Below are positions 18,406-26,874 of a DNA stretch of 58,402 bases, piece after piece. The DNA comes from an uncultured Anaerolineales bacterium (GTDB lineage: Bacteria; Chloroflexota; Anaerolineae; Epilineales; JAHCIE01), in the NCBI GenBank assembly GCA_964557745.1, contig CAZLBQ010000001.1, positions 1 through 58,402 of the forward strand, given 5' to 3'. The position numbers and the translations under genes are program-made. A model generated the notes under the pieces. It saw nothing but the letters and a program-made list of their open reading frames with translations, was not told where the DNA came from and did not search any database. Within the stretch, counting starts at the first letter, position 1. Each line of letters begins with the position of its first letter.

Positions 18406-19533
18406 ATGAAAGACGTTATCGCCAAAGCCAGGGGCGTTGCCGTCACGTACCACGACCTGCTCCTCGAAAAGCCGGCGACGACCCACGTCAAGCGATTCCT
18501 GTTCGCCGTGAACGGCTGGTGCAACAGCAAGTGTACTTTCTGTAATATTTGGACCTATAGCAAGAAGCTGGCGCTGAGTGAAGAGATCACGTTGGAGGAG
18601 TTGGAGCAGAACTTGTTTGGCTCGCCCGCGCTCAAGGATGTGTTGAGCATCGGCATCACGGGGGGCGAGCCGTTTCTGCGCCGCGACATTGTGGCGGTGT
18701 GTGAAGCGCTCTATCGCCACTTCCCGAAGGCGCAATTGGGGTTCGTGACCAATGGCCTTCTGCCCGACCGAATCGCGGACCTGACGGCGGAGATTGTTGC
18801 CGCCCACCCCGCTCGGGGGCTGTCCATAGGTATCTCCCTCGACGGCTACCGGGAAACGCACGACCGCGTACGCGGCGTACCCGGCAACTTCGAGAGAGTC
18901 CTCAAGACGGTTGAGTTGTTGAAGGCCAAGACACCCGGCGTGGAGTTGGGCATCAGTCACACCGTCACCCCCACCAACATGCAGGACGCCCTGCGCTGCT
19001 ACGAGCTGTCACGCGAGTTGGGCATCGGCTTTATGTACCGCCTGGCTCACGAGTCTACGTACCTCCGCAACGAGGGCCTGCCCATCTGGTCGCCGGAGAC
19101 ACAACACGCGGTGGCGCCGGTCGTCCAGGAGCTCAATCGCCGTCTGGTGGCCGACCAGAGTCCGCTGGCGCGCGTCGCCAATGTCAACTACGCGAGCATC
19201 GCCTTCTACACCGGGCTGCTGGACTACTTTGAGCGCCCGCATCGGACGGCGGAGTGCTACTCGGGCACGCACTCGTTCTTCCTGGCCCATAACGGGGACG
19301 TTCACCCCTGTATCTTCATCCCCCACGCTATCGGCAACATCCGTCGGCAGCGCTTTGATGACATCTGGTTCTCCCAGCAGGCGGCAGATATCCGGGCCCC
19401 CATCGCGGCCTGGCAGTGCCACTGCTGGACGAACTGTGAGACCGAATTCTCCTTAGCCCGGCAGAAGGGGAGTTTCCTGCACAGCATCCAGGAAAACTGG
19501 CGCAGTCCGCGCCAGAGGGAGCAGACCCGGTGA
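18406..19533 (+). CDS. Second radical SAM enzyme with a SPASM-like C-terminal Cys cluster
   Basis: CNSKCTFC (CX3CX2C), ITGGEPFLR, and C-terminal CYSG, HPCIF and CHCWTNCE. GAGGAGGG lies 5 nt upstream of the ATG at 18406. Confidence 0.85.
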   Translation: MKDVIAKARGVAVTYHDLLLEKPATTHVKRFLFAVNGWCNSKCTFCNIWTYSKKLALSEEITLEELEQNLFGSPALKDVLSIGITGGEPFLRRDIVAVCEALYRHFPKAQLGFVTNGLLPDRIADLTAEIVAAHPARGLSIGISLDGYRETHDRVRGVPGNFERVLKTVELLKAKTPGVELGISHTVTPTNMQDALRCYELSRELGIGFMYRLAHESTYLRNEGLPIWSPETQHAVAPVVQELNRRLVADQSPLARVANVNYASIAFYTGLLDYFERPHRTAECYSGTHSFFLAHNGDVHPCIFIPHAIGNIRRQRFDDIWFSQQAADIRAPIAAWQCHCWTNCETEFSLARQKGSFLHSIQENWRSPRQREQTR

Positions 19534-21059
19534 GACTCGCCACGCGCCCTCTCCATGAACACGCGCTCACGCGCCGCGCCTGGTTGGGCCGGCGCGCGGC
19601 TCACTGGGTAATAGAGAGCACGACCGGGCGGTTTCTGTTGCTGGTCGGGCTGGAACTTCTCTACTATGTATCCTTTTCGTTTACAAAGTGGCAGCCGCGC
19701 CCGGGCCAGTTGTCTGTCCCGGTGTCGCTGTTGCCGATTCCCTCTGTCGTCTGGTACACGGGGACGTGGCTCGTCTTTGGCGCGGCGATGGGTGTGCTCC
19801 TCCTGTCGCGCGGCCCACTGACCCCCGCCATGACGACCGTCGGGGTGCGGCGGATCGCCACCCTAGCGGTGGTGGGGGCTTTTGCCTTTGAGATCGTCTC
19901 GCGGCTCATGACCGTGGGCTTCTTCGGGCTTGAGCGGCGCGTGGCGCCGGGTTGGCTCGGAGCGGGCGCTGTCCTGATCCTGGCGGGAGGCGGGCTGCTA
20001 CTCTGGCTCGTCCGTCGCCCGCCCTCGACGCGGGTGCTGATGGCCCTGCTGCTCCTGGGCGGCCTCGCCGTCCGCGCCCTGTGGTTCGTGCTGATCCCGT
20101 CTGACCCGGCGCACTCCGACAACATGTTCGTCATCCTGGGCGGACTGCAGCGCTTCCTGGCGGGCCAGACCCCCTATGCGTACTTTGACTTTGGCACCCA
20201 CAAGAACCCCATGCCCTACCTGCCCTGGACTTTCCTGAGCTATGTGCCGGCGTATGTCGCTCGGTTGGATATCCGGCTGACCAATGACGTGATCTCCCTG
20301 GTGATTCTGTTCACCTTGTGGGCTACTGCGCGGGTGCTCCCGATACGGAACGAGACACGGGAGAGCGTCATGCTAGCCCTGGGCGTATTCTACTGCCTAC
20401 CGCTCAGTGTCAGCCTGGACCAGCAGACGGAATTCCAGCTATTCAACTTGGCCATGGTGTTGACGTTCACTCTGATTGCCGTACAGCGCGACCGCCTAGC
20501 GGCAGCCGGCTATGGGGTGGCTCTCGGCGCTATGCCGGTGGCCCTCTACTGCGCGCCCCCCCTGCTGGCCTTCGCGCTGCGCCAACGTCGGCCGCGCGAC
20601 GTGTTGGTCCTGATGGCTCTCGCTGCGGCCACGGCCCTCGTGCCTATCCTGGCCTTTCTGGGCTGGGATGCTCAGGCCTTTCTCTGGGCCGTCTCCTATG
20701 TGCCGCGTGAGAATTACCAGGCGCTGAATACCACGGGGGCGGCGACCTTGAACGTCGTCGACTACGAACTGCCTGTGCGCATGGCCTGGCACCTGTGGGC
20801 AGGACGCCAGCTTGTCTTCGTCCAGTTGGCGCTGTTGGCTGGGTTTGGGTGGCTCAGCTGGCGCTACCTGCGCACGGTCCACGGCCTCATCGGCCTCGCG
20901 GTGGCCAGCTACCTGGCCCTGGCGCTGACAGCGCCCTATATTGGGCCCCATATCCTCCAGGTCGTGCTGTGGCTACTCATTCTGGCGGAAACGGTGCGTG
21001 GGGTTAGAACAGCGGAGATTGGCAGATCGGACGATGTTCTGGGATCAGACCCAGGCTAG
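19530..21059 (+). CDS. Polytopic membrane protein, GT-C-fold glycosyltransferase-like (DUF2029/GT87-like)
   Basis: More than 10 hydrophobic helices. The early loop motif SDNMFVILGGLQRFLAGQTPYA resembles the D...Y...G..PY loop of DUF2029/PimE-type enzymes as I remember it. There is a GTGA overlap with the upstream gene. Confidence 0.65.
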   Translation: MRLATRPLHEHALTRRAWLGRRAAHWVIESTTGRFLLLVGLELLYYVSFSFTKWQPRPGQLSVPVSLLPIPSVVWYTGTWLVFGAAMGVLLLSRGPLTPAMTTVGVRRIATLAVVGAFAFEIVSRLMTVGFFGLERRVAPGWLGAGAVLILAGGGLLLWLVRRPPSTRVLMALLLLGGLAVRALWFVLIPSDPAHSDNMFVILGGLQRFLAGQTPYAYFDFGTHKNPMPYLPWTFLSYVPAYVARLDIRLTNDVISLVILFTLWATARVLPIRNETRESVMLALGVFYCLPLSVSLDQQTEFQLFNLAMVLTFTLIAVQRDRLAAAGYGVALGAMPVALYCAPPLLAFALRQRRPRDVLVLMALAAATALVPILAFLGWDAQAFLWAVSYVPRENYQALNTTGAATLNVVDYELPVRMAWHLWAGRQLVFVQLALLAGFGWLSWRYLRTVHGLIGLAVASYLALALTAPYIGPHILQVVLWLLILAETVRGVRTAEIGRSDDVLGSDPG

Positions 21060-21741
21060 ACACCAGGTTGAACCACAAGGCAAAGACGAGTAGCGTGCTC
21101 AGCGTGATGAGCAGCCAGGCGATGGGGTATTTGATCCAGCCGTTGCGCTTGCCTTCTTGCCTCAGCAGTGACCGCACCAGGAGAAATGGCAGCGCCACCA
21201 TCGCGGCGTACACCGCGAACGGATAGAGCCAGCCCAGCGGGCCGAACGGGAGGTCCGTGAGACCCTGGATGAAGACCTGGCCCTCCTGTTCGACCAGGAT
21301 GCCGTAAACGCCCTGGATGAACATCACCTGCCACACGGTAAACTGAAAGAAGCGCAGCAAGATGAGCCAGGCGACAATCCAGCCGCCATAGAACGCGAAG
21401 CCGAGGAGCAGGTCGGGGATGAGCTGTGGGTGGAGCAGGGCTGGGGTCGGAGTGCACTTGAGATACTCGCCCAACCAGGTGAGGCTCTCGCCGATTATCG
21501 CGGTGACGATCACCAACCCCGCGAAGAGGGCATAGACGGCACGGGGGCGCGGCTGGTGGAGGACGGCCGCCCGCGACAACGCGCGCTCCTCGACACGCGG
21601 CCAGCGGAAGACGGCGACGACGAACAGGGCATACACCAGGAGCGTCGTGTCGGGTACCAGGAGGAACAGCAAGGCCACCAACCCACTGAGGGCCAGGATG
21701 AGCCGTCCCAGGCGATGTCGCAGCGTCGGCTTCCGGCTCAC
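21004..21741 (-). CDS. Integral membrane protein, unknown function
   Basis: About 6-7 hydrophobic helices. I placed the start at the GTG at 21741, just after the upstream stop; the ORF track starts at 21810. The 3-prime end overlaps the convergent GT-C-like gene by 56 nt. Confidence 0.6.
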   Translation of the reverse strand: MSRKPTLRHRLGRLILALSGLVALLFLLVPDTTLLVYALFVVAVFRWPRVEERALSRAAVLHQPRPRAVYALFAGLVIVTAIIGESLTWLGEYLKCTPTPALLHPQLIPDLLLGFAFYGGWIVAWLILLRFFQFTVWQVMFIQGVYGILVEQEGQVFIQGLTDLPFGPLGWLYPFAVYAAMVALPFLLVRSLLRQEGKRNGWIKYPIAWLLITLSTLLVFALWFNLVSSLGLIPEHRPICQSPLF

Positions 21742-21748
21742 AAGGGCC

Positions 21749-22765
21749 TCAGGAGGGAACGAGTACCTGCTGCGCCGCCGTGTCGAGCGGCAAGATGTCA
21801 CCGCTGCCACGGTAGAGACCGATCAGTTCGCGGTCGGATAGGACGTGCTGGCTCCTCGCGCCGAGGAAGTACATACCCGATGCCGCGTCGAGCGCGCCCG
21901 GCTTATCAATGAGGTAGTAATCGAAGTACTTGAGCCAGAACAGCGTCAGGCGGGTGAGCGCCTTGATGCCCAGCCGCCAGAGGCTGGAGTTGACAAAGCT
22001 CAGCAGGAAATACTGGACCGACCACGCCAGGGCCATCCCCGGCCCGCATACGGCCCCGCTGGCAATCTCTGAGAAGCCGCGAAACAGGCGGCGGTGCCCC
22101 AGGTAGGTGAAGCGCGTAAAGTCGTACTCCCCGCCGTGGACTTGCTGCATGAACGGCGTCTCCGCGTAGACCAGGCCGCCATCAGCCATCACGCGGTGGA
22201 TCTCCTCGACGCAGCGCGAGGGGTCGACGACGTGCTCGAGGACGGCCTGGATAACGACGCCATCAAACGACCCGTCTTCAAAAGGCAGGTCGTGGCCGTC
22301 CGCGACCAGCATGGTGCGCTCACCAAGCGCGACATCCGTCTCGATGAACTCGATGGCCGGCTCGGCCAGCATGCTGGCCATGCCGCGGCCCACCGTCATG
22401 GCGCCAATGACCAGCACCCTGGGATGGGAGGTCCTCTGGAGCAGGAGCCTCGTCAACCGCTCGTAATTCTGCTTCGCCTTAAGATTGACGCCAAGCTCCG
22501 GCACAACTCGCGCCAGCCAGCGCTCGATGCGAGCCGTTGACCGAAACGTCGTGGCCCGGTGACGGACAAAGTCGTCTATTGAGAAGACGCTGCGCGCCTC
22601 GTTGAGCAGAATCGGCACGCCGTCCACGATAGGGAAGCGAGCCTGACAGTGTTCACCTGTACAGTGGAACTGATTCCCCACCAGGGACAGGCGGGAGTGG
22701 CAGATAGGGCAGCGCAGCAAGGCCTGGCTGCTCTCCGAGAGCCTGAGTGACGTCGACATCGTCAT
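21749..22765 (-). CDS. Class I SAM-dependent methyltransferase with an N-terminal Trm112-like zinc ribbon (second copy of this architecture)
   Basis: CPICHSRL...CTGEHCQARFP ribbon and a methyltransferase core (VLVIGAMTVGRG, FDGVVIQAVLEHV). The C-terminal segment is hydrophobic. Confidence 0.8.
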   Translation of the reverse strand: MTMSTSLRLSESSQALLRCPICHSRLSLVGNQFHCTGEHCQARFPIVDGVPILLNEARSVFSIDDFVRHRATTFRSTARIERWLARVVPELGVNLKAKQNYERLTRLLLQRTSHPRVLVIGAMTVGRGMASMLAEPAIEFIETDVALGERTMLVADGHDLPFEDGSFDGVVIQAVLEHVVDPSRCVEEIHRVMADGGLVYAETPFMQQVHGGEYDFTRFTYLGHRRLFRGFSEIASGAVCGPGMALAWSVQYFLLSFVNSSLWRLGIKALTRLTLFWLKYFDYYLIDKPGALDAASGMYFLGARSQHVLSDRELIGLYRGSGDILPLDTAAQQVLVPS

Positions 22766-22787
22766 GTGCCTCGTTTCCTACGGCCTG

Positions 22788-23831
22788 CTAGCCTGCGAAG
22801 GCCAGTTGGCGGGTTGGCAGGCCGGGGATGCAATCGTGGAGCAACTCGGCCAGCATCTCGATGTCACACGTGACGTTTTGCGAGGTGTAGGGTTCGCTGA
22901 GCGCCGGGACGAGCGGCGGATGCTCACACAGTTCGGGCAAGATGGGGCTAATCACGTAATGCCCGTGGTGTTCCCTCGTGCGCGGACATTCCGTCTCTGA
23001 CACGAGGACCTCGTGTATCTTCTCGCCCGGGCGGATGCCCAGATGGAGAATGGGGATATCGCGTCCGTTCATCAACACATGTGCGATATCGACCACCCGC
23101 GCCGCCGGAATCCGGGGGACGTAGGTCTCGCCGGGGAGGGCAGTGTCGGCCGCTGCAAAGATGGAGTCGCCGGCGCGGTCCAGGCTGATCAAGAAGCGGG
23201 TCATCTGCGTGTGGGTCAGCGTAAGCGGCCCCCCCTCCTGGATCTGGCGGACGAAGAGCGGGACGACCGAACCCGTCGAAGCAATGACATTGCCATAGCG
23301 GACGCACACGAAGCGTGTCCCCCGACACTCTAGATTGCCCTCGATCAGCACGCGTTCCTGGATTGCCTTGGTCATCCCCATCACGTTGACCGGCTCACAC
23401 GCTTTGTCGGTCGAGACCCCGACCACCAGTTCCACTTGCGGCGCCGTGTCGGCGATGGCGCGAACAAGGTTCGCGGCCCCCAGGATGTTGGTCATGACGG
23501 CCTGATGCGGCGCGTATTCACAGTTTGGGACCTGTTTGAGGGCCGCCACATGAAACACAATATCCGTCCCGCGGAGCGCAGCGACAAGGGAACTGTAGTC
23601 CCGGACATCGCCTAACTGGAAGCGGAGAGGCGCGGACTTCGGGTGACCGCTACCGTTCCTGTGCGTCTGATAGGCAATCTTCATGGCGTGCTGTTTGGCC
23701 TCGTCGCGGGAGAAGACGATGACGCGACTGGGGGTACCATGCGCCCCGCTCATCAGCCGACGGACCAGTACGCTTCCTAGCGAGCCAGTACCTCCCGTGA
23801 CCAGAACTTGCTTGCCGGTTACATCTAGCAT
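22788..23831 (-). CDS. UDP-N-acetylglucosamine 4,6-dehydratase/epimerase of the CapE/FnlA/WbjB/WbvB type
   Basis: VLVTGGTGSLGS, FSRDEAKQ, GDVRD, HVAALKQVP and STDKACEPVNVMGMTKA, with Met in place of the SDR Tyr (the S-M-K triad typical of CapE/FnlA), plus VRYGNV and MTRF. The ATG at 23831 overlaps the upstream stop. Confidence 0.9.
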   Translation of the reverse strand: MLDVTGKQVLVTGGTGSLGSVLVRRLMSGAHGTPSRVIVFSRDEAKQHAMKIAYQTHRNGSGHPKSAPLRFQLGDVRDYSSLVAALRGTDIVFHVAALKQVPNCEYAPHQAVMTNILGAANLVRAIADTAPQVELVVGVSTDKACEPVNVMGMTKAIQERVLIEGNLECRGTRFVCVRYGNVIASTGSVVPLFVRQIQEGGPLTLTHTQMTRFLISLDRAGDSIFAAADTALPGETYVPRIPAARVVDIAHVLMNGRDIPILHLGIRPGEKIHEVLVSETECPRTREHHGHYVISPILPELCEHPPLVPALSEPYTSQNVTCDIEMLAELLHDCIPGLPTRQLAFAG

Positions 23832-24748
23832 AGCTCTCTCCACTTGTGATATAACGGTGCGTCGCCCGCCATGGTTTCAATCATGGCGGGCCACGATGGT
23901 GTCGACAGACAGGTGGCCGTCTGAAAGCGCTCGGCGATAAGACTCCGATCGCAGACAAAACTCTCATCCCGATCGATCCCGACGGATACACCAAATGCCT
24001 CTCGGATGAGGCATAGCAAGTCGTACTTCGAGATGGGAGGCGCCGCCACGTGATACAGGCCCGATAGAGGAGCCTCCCGCGACAGTAGTTCAGCTATGAG
24101 CGAAGCAAGGGTCACGGTGGGCATACCCGTGTAGATTGCACGTGTGAAACCGCGCACCCGGCCGCCTGCCTGGGCGAGGAACCACTCAACGAGACCATAG
24201 GCTGAGCCGAGTTCGCGGCCAATGATACTGGTGCGGAGGGTGAGGCAGCCCTCGGCCTCAATCTCGCCCAGCAACTTGGAGCGACCGTACAGATCAGGCG
24301 GGTCAGGCAGGTCACTCTCTACATAGTGACCCTGTCGGCCCGAGAAAACGCAGTCCGTGCTGATATGGATGAGGTGCGCGCCGACAGACTGCGCCATGCG
24401 ATACAGCAAGTGCGGAAACAGGGAGTTGGTCTGAAGGGCAACGACGGGGTCTGTCGCATCGGCGCGCTGCTTGATGACCCCGATACAGGTGATTGTAACC
24501 GTCGGCATGACACACTGAATCACACTTCGGATCGTGTCGAAGTGGGTGGCGTCGACGCCGGCGTGCCACCGCTGCGGCTCAAACAGTGCTAGGCTTTCAT
24601 AAGTGCGGTAAGCCGAGCGCACAGCGACATGCGTGTCGAAACGGGGTGAGAGGGTTTGCCACAATTTGTGTCCTAGCATCCCCGTCCCACCCATCACCAG
24701 AATCCTGGGGGCTGTGGGTGCAGGACCAAATGGGTGTATAGAGGGCAT
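23825..24748 (-). CDS. RmlD-like (dTDP-4-dehydrorhamnose reductase family) sugar-nucleotide reductase
   Basis: RILVMGGTGMLGHKL and ISTDCVFSG...Y.ESD...P...YGRSKLLGE. I placed the start at ATG 24748; the ORF track extension to 24877 precedes the Rossmann motif by about 60 aa. Confidence 0.85.
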   Translation of the reverse strand: MPSIHPFGPAPTAPRILVMGGTGMLGHKLWQTLSPRFDTHVAVRSAYRTYESLALFEPQRWHAGVDATHFDTIRSVIQCVMPTVTITCIGVIKQRADATDPVVALQTNSLFPHLLYRMAQSVGAHLIHISTDCVFSGRQGHYVESDLPDPPDLYGRSKLLGEIEAEGCLTLRTSIIGRELGSAYGLVEWFLAQAGGRVRGFTRAIYTGMPTVTLASLIAELLSREAPLSGLYHVAAPPISKYDLLCLIREAFGVSVGIDRDESFVCDRSLIAERFQTATCLSTPSWPAMIETMAGDAPLYHKWRELC

Positions 24749-24943
24749 GATGCATCTCCAGTAGCTACAGAGAGGCTGACTAGAGTCGCTGGATGTCTCC
24801 TTGACGACTGTCATTGTAGTGTGGGAGGGTAACGATAGCGTGTAGAAAGGGTTGAAATCGGGTCGTACGCCCATCACCTGTCGGCTTGATGAGTGAAGAC
24901 AGTGATATTACCTTGTCTGACCATGCGGACGTTGAGCGGCCCA

Positions 24944-26347
24944 CTACCTTGCGCGAGCAACCAGACGATAGAAGCCTCCAGGGTCGACTGTCGTCACATA
25001 AAGCTCCCCGTCTTCATCCTCACCAAACGAGCTAACCAATAGCTGCGTATCCAGCAGCGGCGTGGACACCCAGGTTTCGCCCGTACGTGTCAAGGCCCAG
25101 AACTGACCCTGACAGTAGTCGGCATATAAGTAGGCGCCTACTAGTGGGTACAGACGACCCCGATAGACATAGCCTCCTGTCACCGATGAGCAGCCCTGGT
25201 GGGCATAGTCGACGATGGGCAGCGTGTAGGCCTGGCTGTCACAGCGTGCGCCGGGGGGATAGCAGTGCTTTCCTTCCATCACGTTCCACCCATAATTCTG
25301 GCCACCGCTGGCGGCTGACGCCTGAAAGTTGATCTCCTCCCAATTTCCTTGGCCCACATCACCAATATAGAGATTGCCTGTCACTCGATCAAAGGAGAAA
25401 CGCCAGGGATTACGCAACCCGTAGGCCCAGATCTCGTGGCGGGCGGTCGTTGAGGCGACAAAAGGGTTAGTCGGAGGGATGGCGTATGGCATACCATGAT
25501 CGACATCAAGGCGCAGAATCTTCCCCAGCAGAACCCTCAGGTTCTGAGCATTGCCGAACGGATCTCCGGTGCCCCCCCCATCTCCGATCCCGATGTAGAG
25601 GTAACCATCGGGGCCGAAGGCAAGTTGCCCGGCATTGTGCGTCGAAAATGGCTTGGTGACAGTCAACAGCAGGCTTTCGCTATTGGCATCGGCGCGATCT
25701 GGGTCACGCGACACATTGAAGCGGGCAAGCACCACATCCCCCTGGCGATTGTTGTAGTAGACAAAGAATTGCCCATTGGTCCGATATTGGGGGTGAAAGG
25801 CCAGTCCGAGGAAGCCCTCTTCGTACGTATCGGACTTGACGCGACTGGAAATATCTAGGAACGGTTCAGGTAGAACCGCTCCGTTGCGGAGAATGTAGAT
25901 AAGGCCACGTTGGTCCGAAACAAAGAGACGCCCGCTGCCATCACTCGCATGGGTCACACCAACTGGCGCCGGTGGAAAGTCCATGACTTTCTCCAGGGCA
26001 ATCGTGGTCGTCGTCGGATCAAAGGGACCAGAGTTGGGTATAGTGGAGGCTAGCTGAAGCAAAGGGAGAAACGTAGGCGGGATACGTAGCCTTTGCTCCT
26101 GGATGACAGTCGGCGCAAAAACCGTGTAACGTAGCAGGGCTTGGTTCATAACAAGTGGGGCATAGAGAAAGGTTGAGGGGGTTGGGGTCGGAGGGGCAGG
26201 GGACTGCCGAGGCGACAGGGGCGGTACTGGTTGTGGAGTTGGGACTCCACTTGCGTCGGGAGTCATGGTGAGCGTGGGACGACCATGGATGTGGAATACA
26301 ACAAGGAGAATAAGGCCGACCAGGATCAAGCCAGGGAAGCGTGACAT
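24944..26347 (-). CDS. PQQ-dependent soluble sugar (glucose/sorbosone) dehydrogenase, exported
   Basis: GFLGLAFHP, HNAGQLAFGPDGYLYIGIGDGGG, NAQNL..LLGKILRLDV, EIWAYGLRNPWRFSFD, GDVGQGNWEEIN and NYGWNVMEG. It has an N-terminal hydrophobic anchor and a Pro-rich linker. Confidence 0.9.
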   Translation of the reverse strand: MSRFPGLILVGLILLVVFHIHGRPTLTMTPDASGVPTPQPVPPLSPRQSPAPPTPTPSTFLYAPLVMNQALLRYTVFAPTVIQEQRLRIPPTFLPLLQLASTIPNSGPFDPTTTTIALEKVMDFPPAPVGVTHASDGSGRLFVSDQRGLIYILRNGAVLPEPFLDISSRVKSDTYEEGFLGLAFHPQYRTNGQFFVYYNNRQGDVVLARFNVSRDPDRADANSESLLLTVTKPFSTHNAGQLAFGPDGYLYIGIGDGGGTGDPFGNAQNLRVLLGKILRLDVDHGMPYAIPPTNPFVASTTARHEIWAYGLRNPWRFSFDRVTGNLYIGDVGQGNWEEINFQASAASGGQNYGWNVMEGKHCYPPGARCDSQAYTLPIVDYAHQGCSSVTGGYVYRGRLYPLVGAYLYADYCQGQFWALTRTGETWVSTPLLDTQLLVSSFGEDEDGELYVTTVDPGGFYRLVARAR

Positions 26348-26599
26348 GCTTGCTCCAACGCCGCAAAGTGGCGGCACAATCTAGACAAGGCATGGTCTTA
26401 CGGCCTCAGCATACGAGCCGTCGCGACAGACATAGAACCCCCTCACCAGACCCAGTGTGGCATGAGGTAAATCTTCATGCCGCCACGCCAGGATTATAAC
26501 AGATGGTGCGCCGAGCGGAATTATCACCTGAAACGGCTCAAAGTCAAGAAGGCCAAATTGGGAAAGGATCGTACACTTACGGCGGGATATAATTTCCTG

Positions 26600-26800
26600 T
26601 CACCTGTACGGCGAGCGCGTCGCCGTCTCGCAGATCATCGGCTGCTCCTACGACCCCCACCCCGCCAACGACGCCGTCCAGTTTGGCCACCGGGTCCAGC
26701 AGTTGCTCAACCTCTACGACTGGCAGGTCATCCAGGTCCAGCTCAACCTCCTCGACAGCCACGACACCTCGCGGCTGCCGCGCATCGGTGGCCCAAGGAC
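26600..26800 (+). pseudogene. Short remnant of a GH13 (neopullulanase/cyclomaltodextrinase-like) gene
   Basis: One frame reads ...FGHRVQQLLNLYDWQVIQVQLNLLDSHDTSRLPRIGG, which contains the GH13 conserved region IV (NLLxSHDTxR). There is no start context, the upstream and downstream sequence in this frame is junk, and no other GH13 regions are present. Confidence 0.45.
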
Positions 26801-26874
26801 TGGCCCACCACGGAGGCGCACGCCTTCGGGTGGGCCAGTCCTGCGCGCGGCGGACGCGGCTCTAACGCGCCAGG

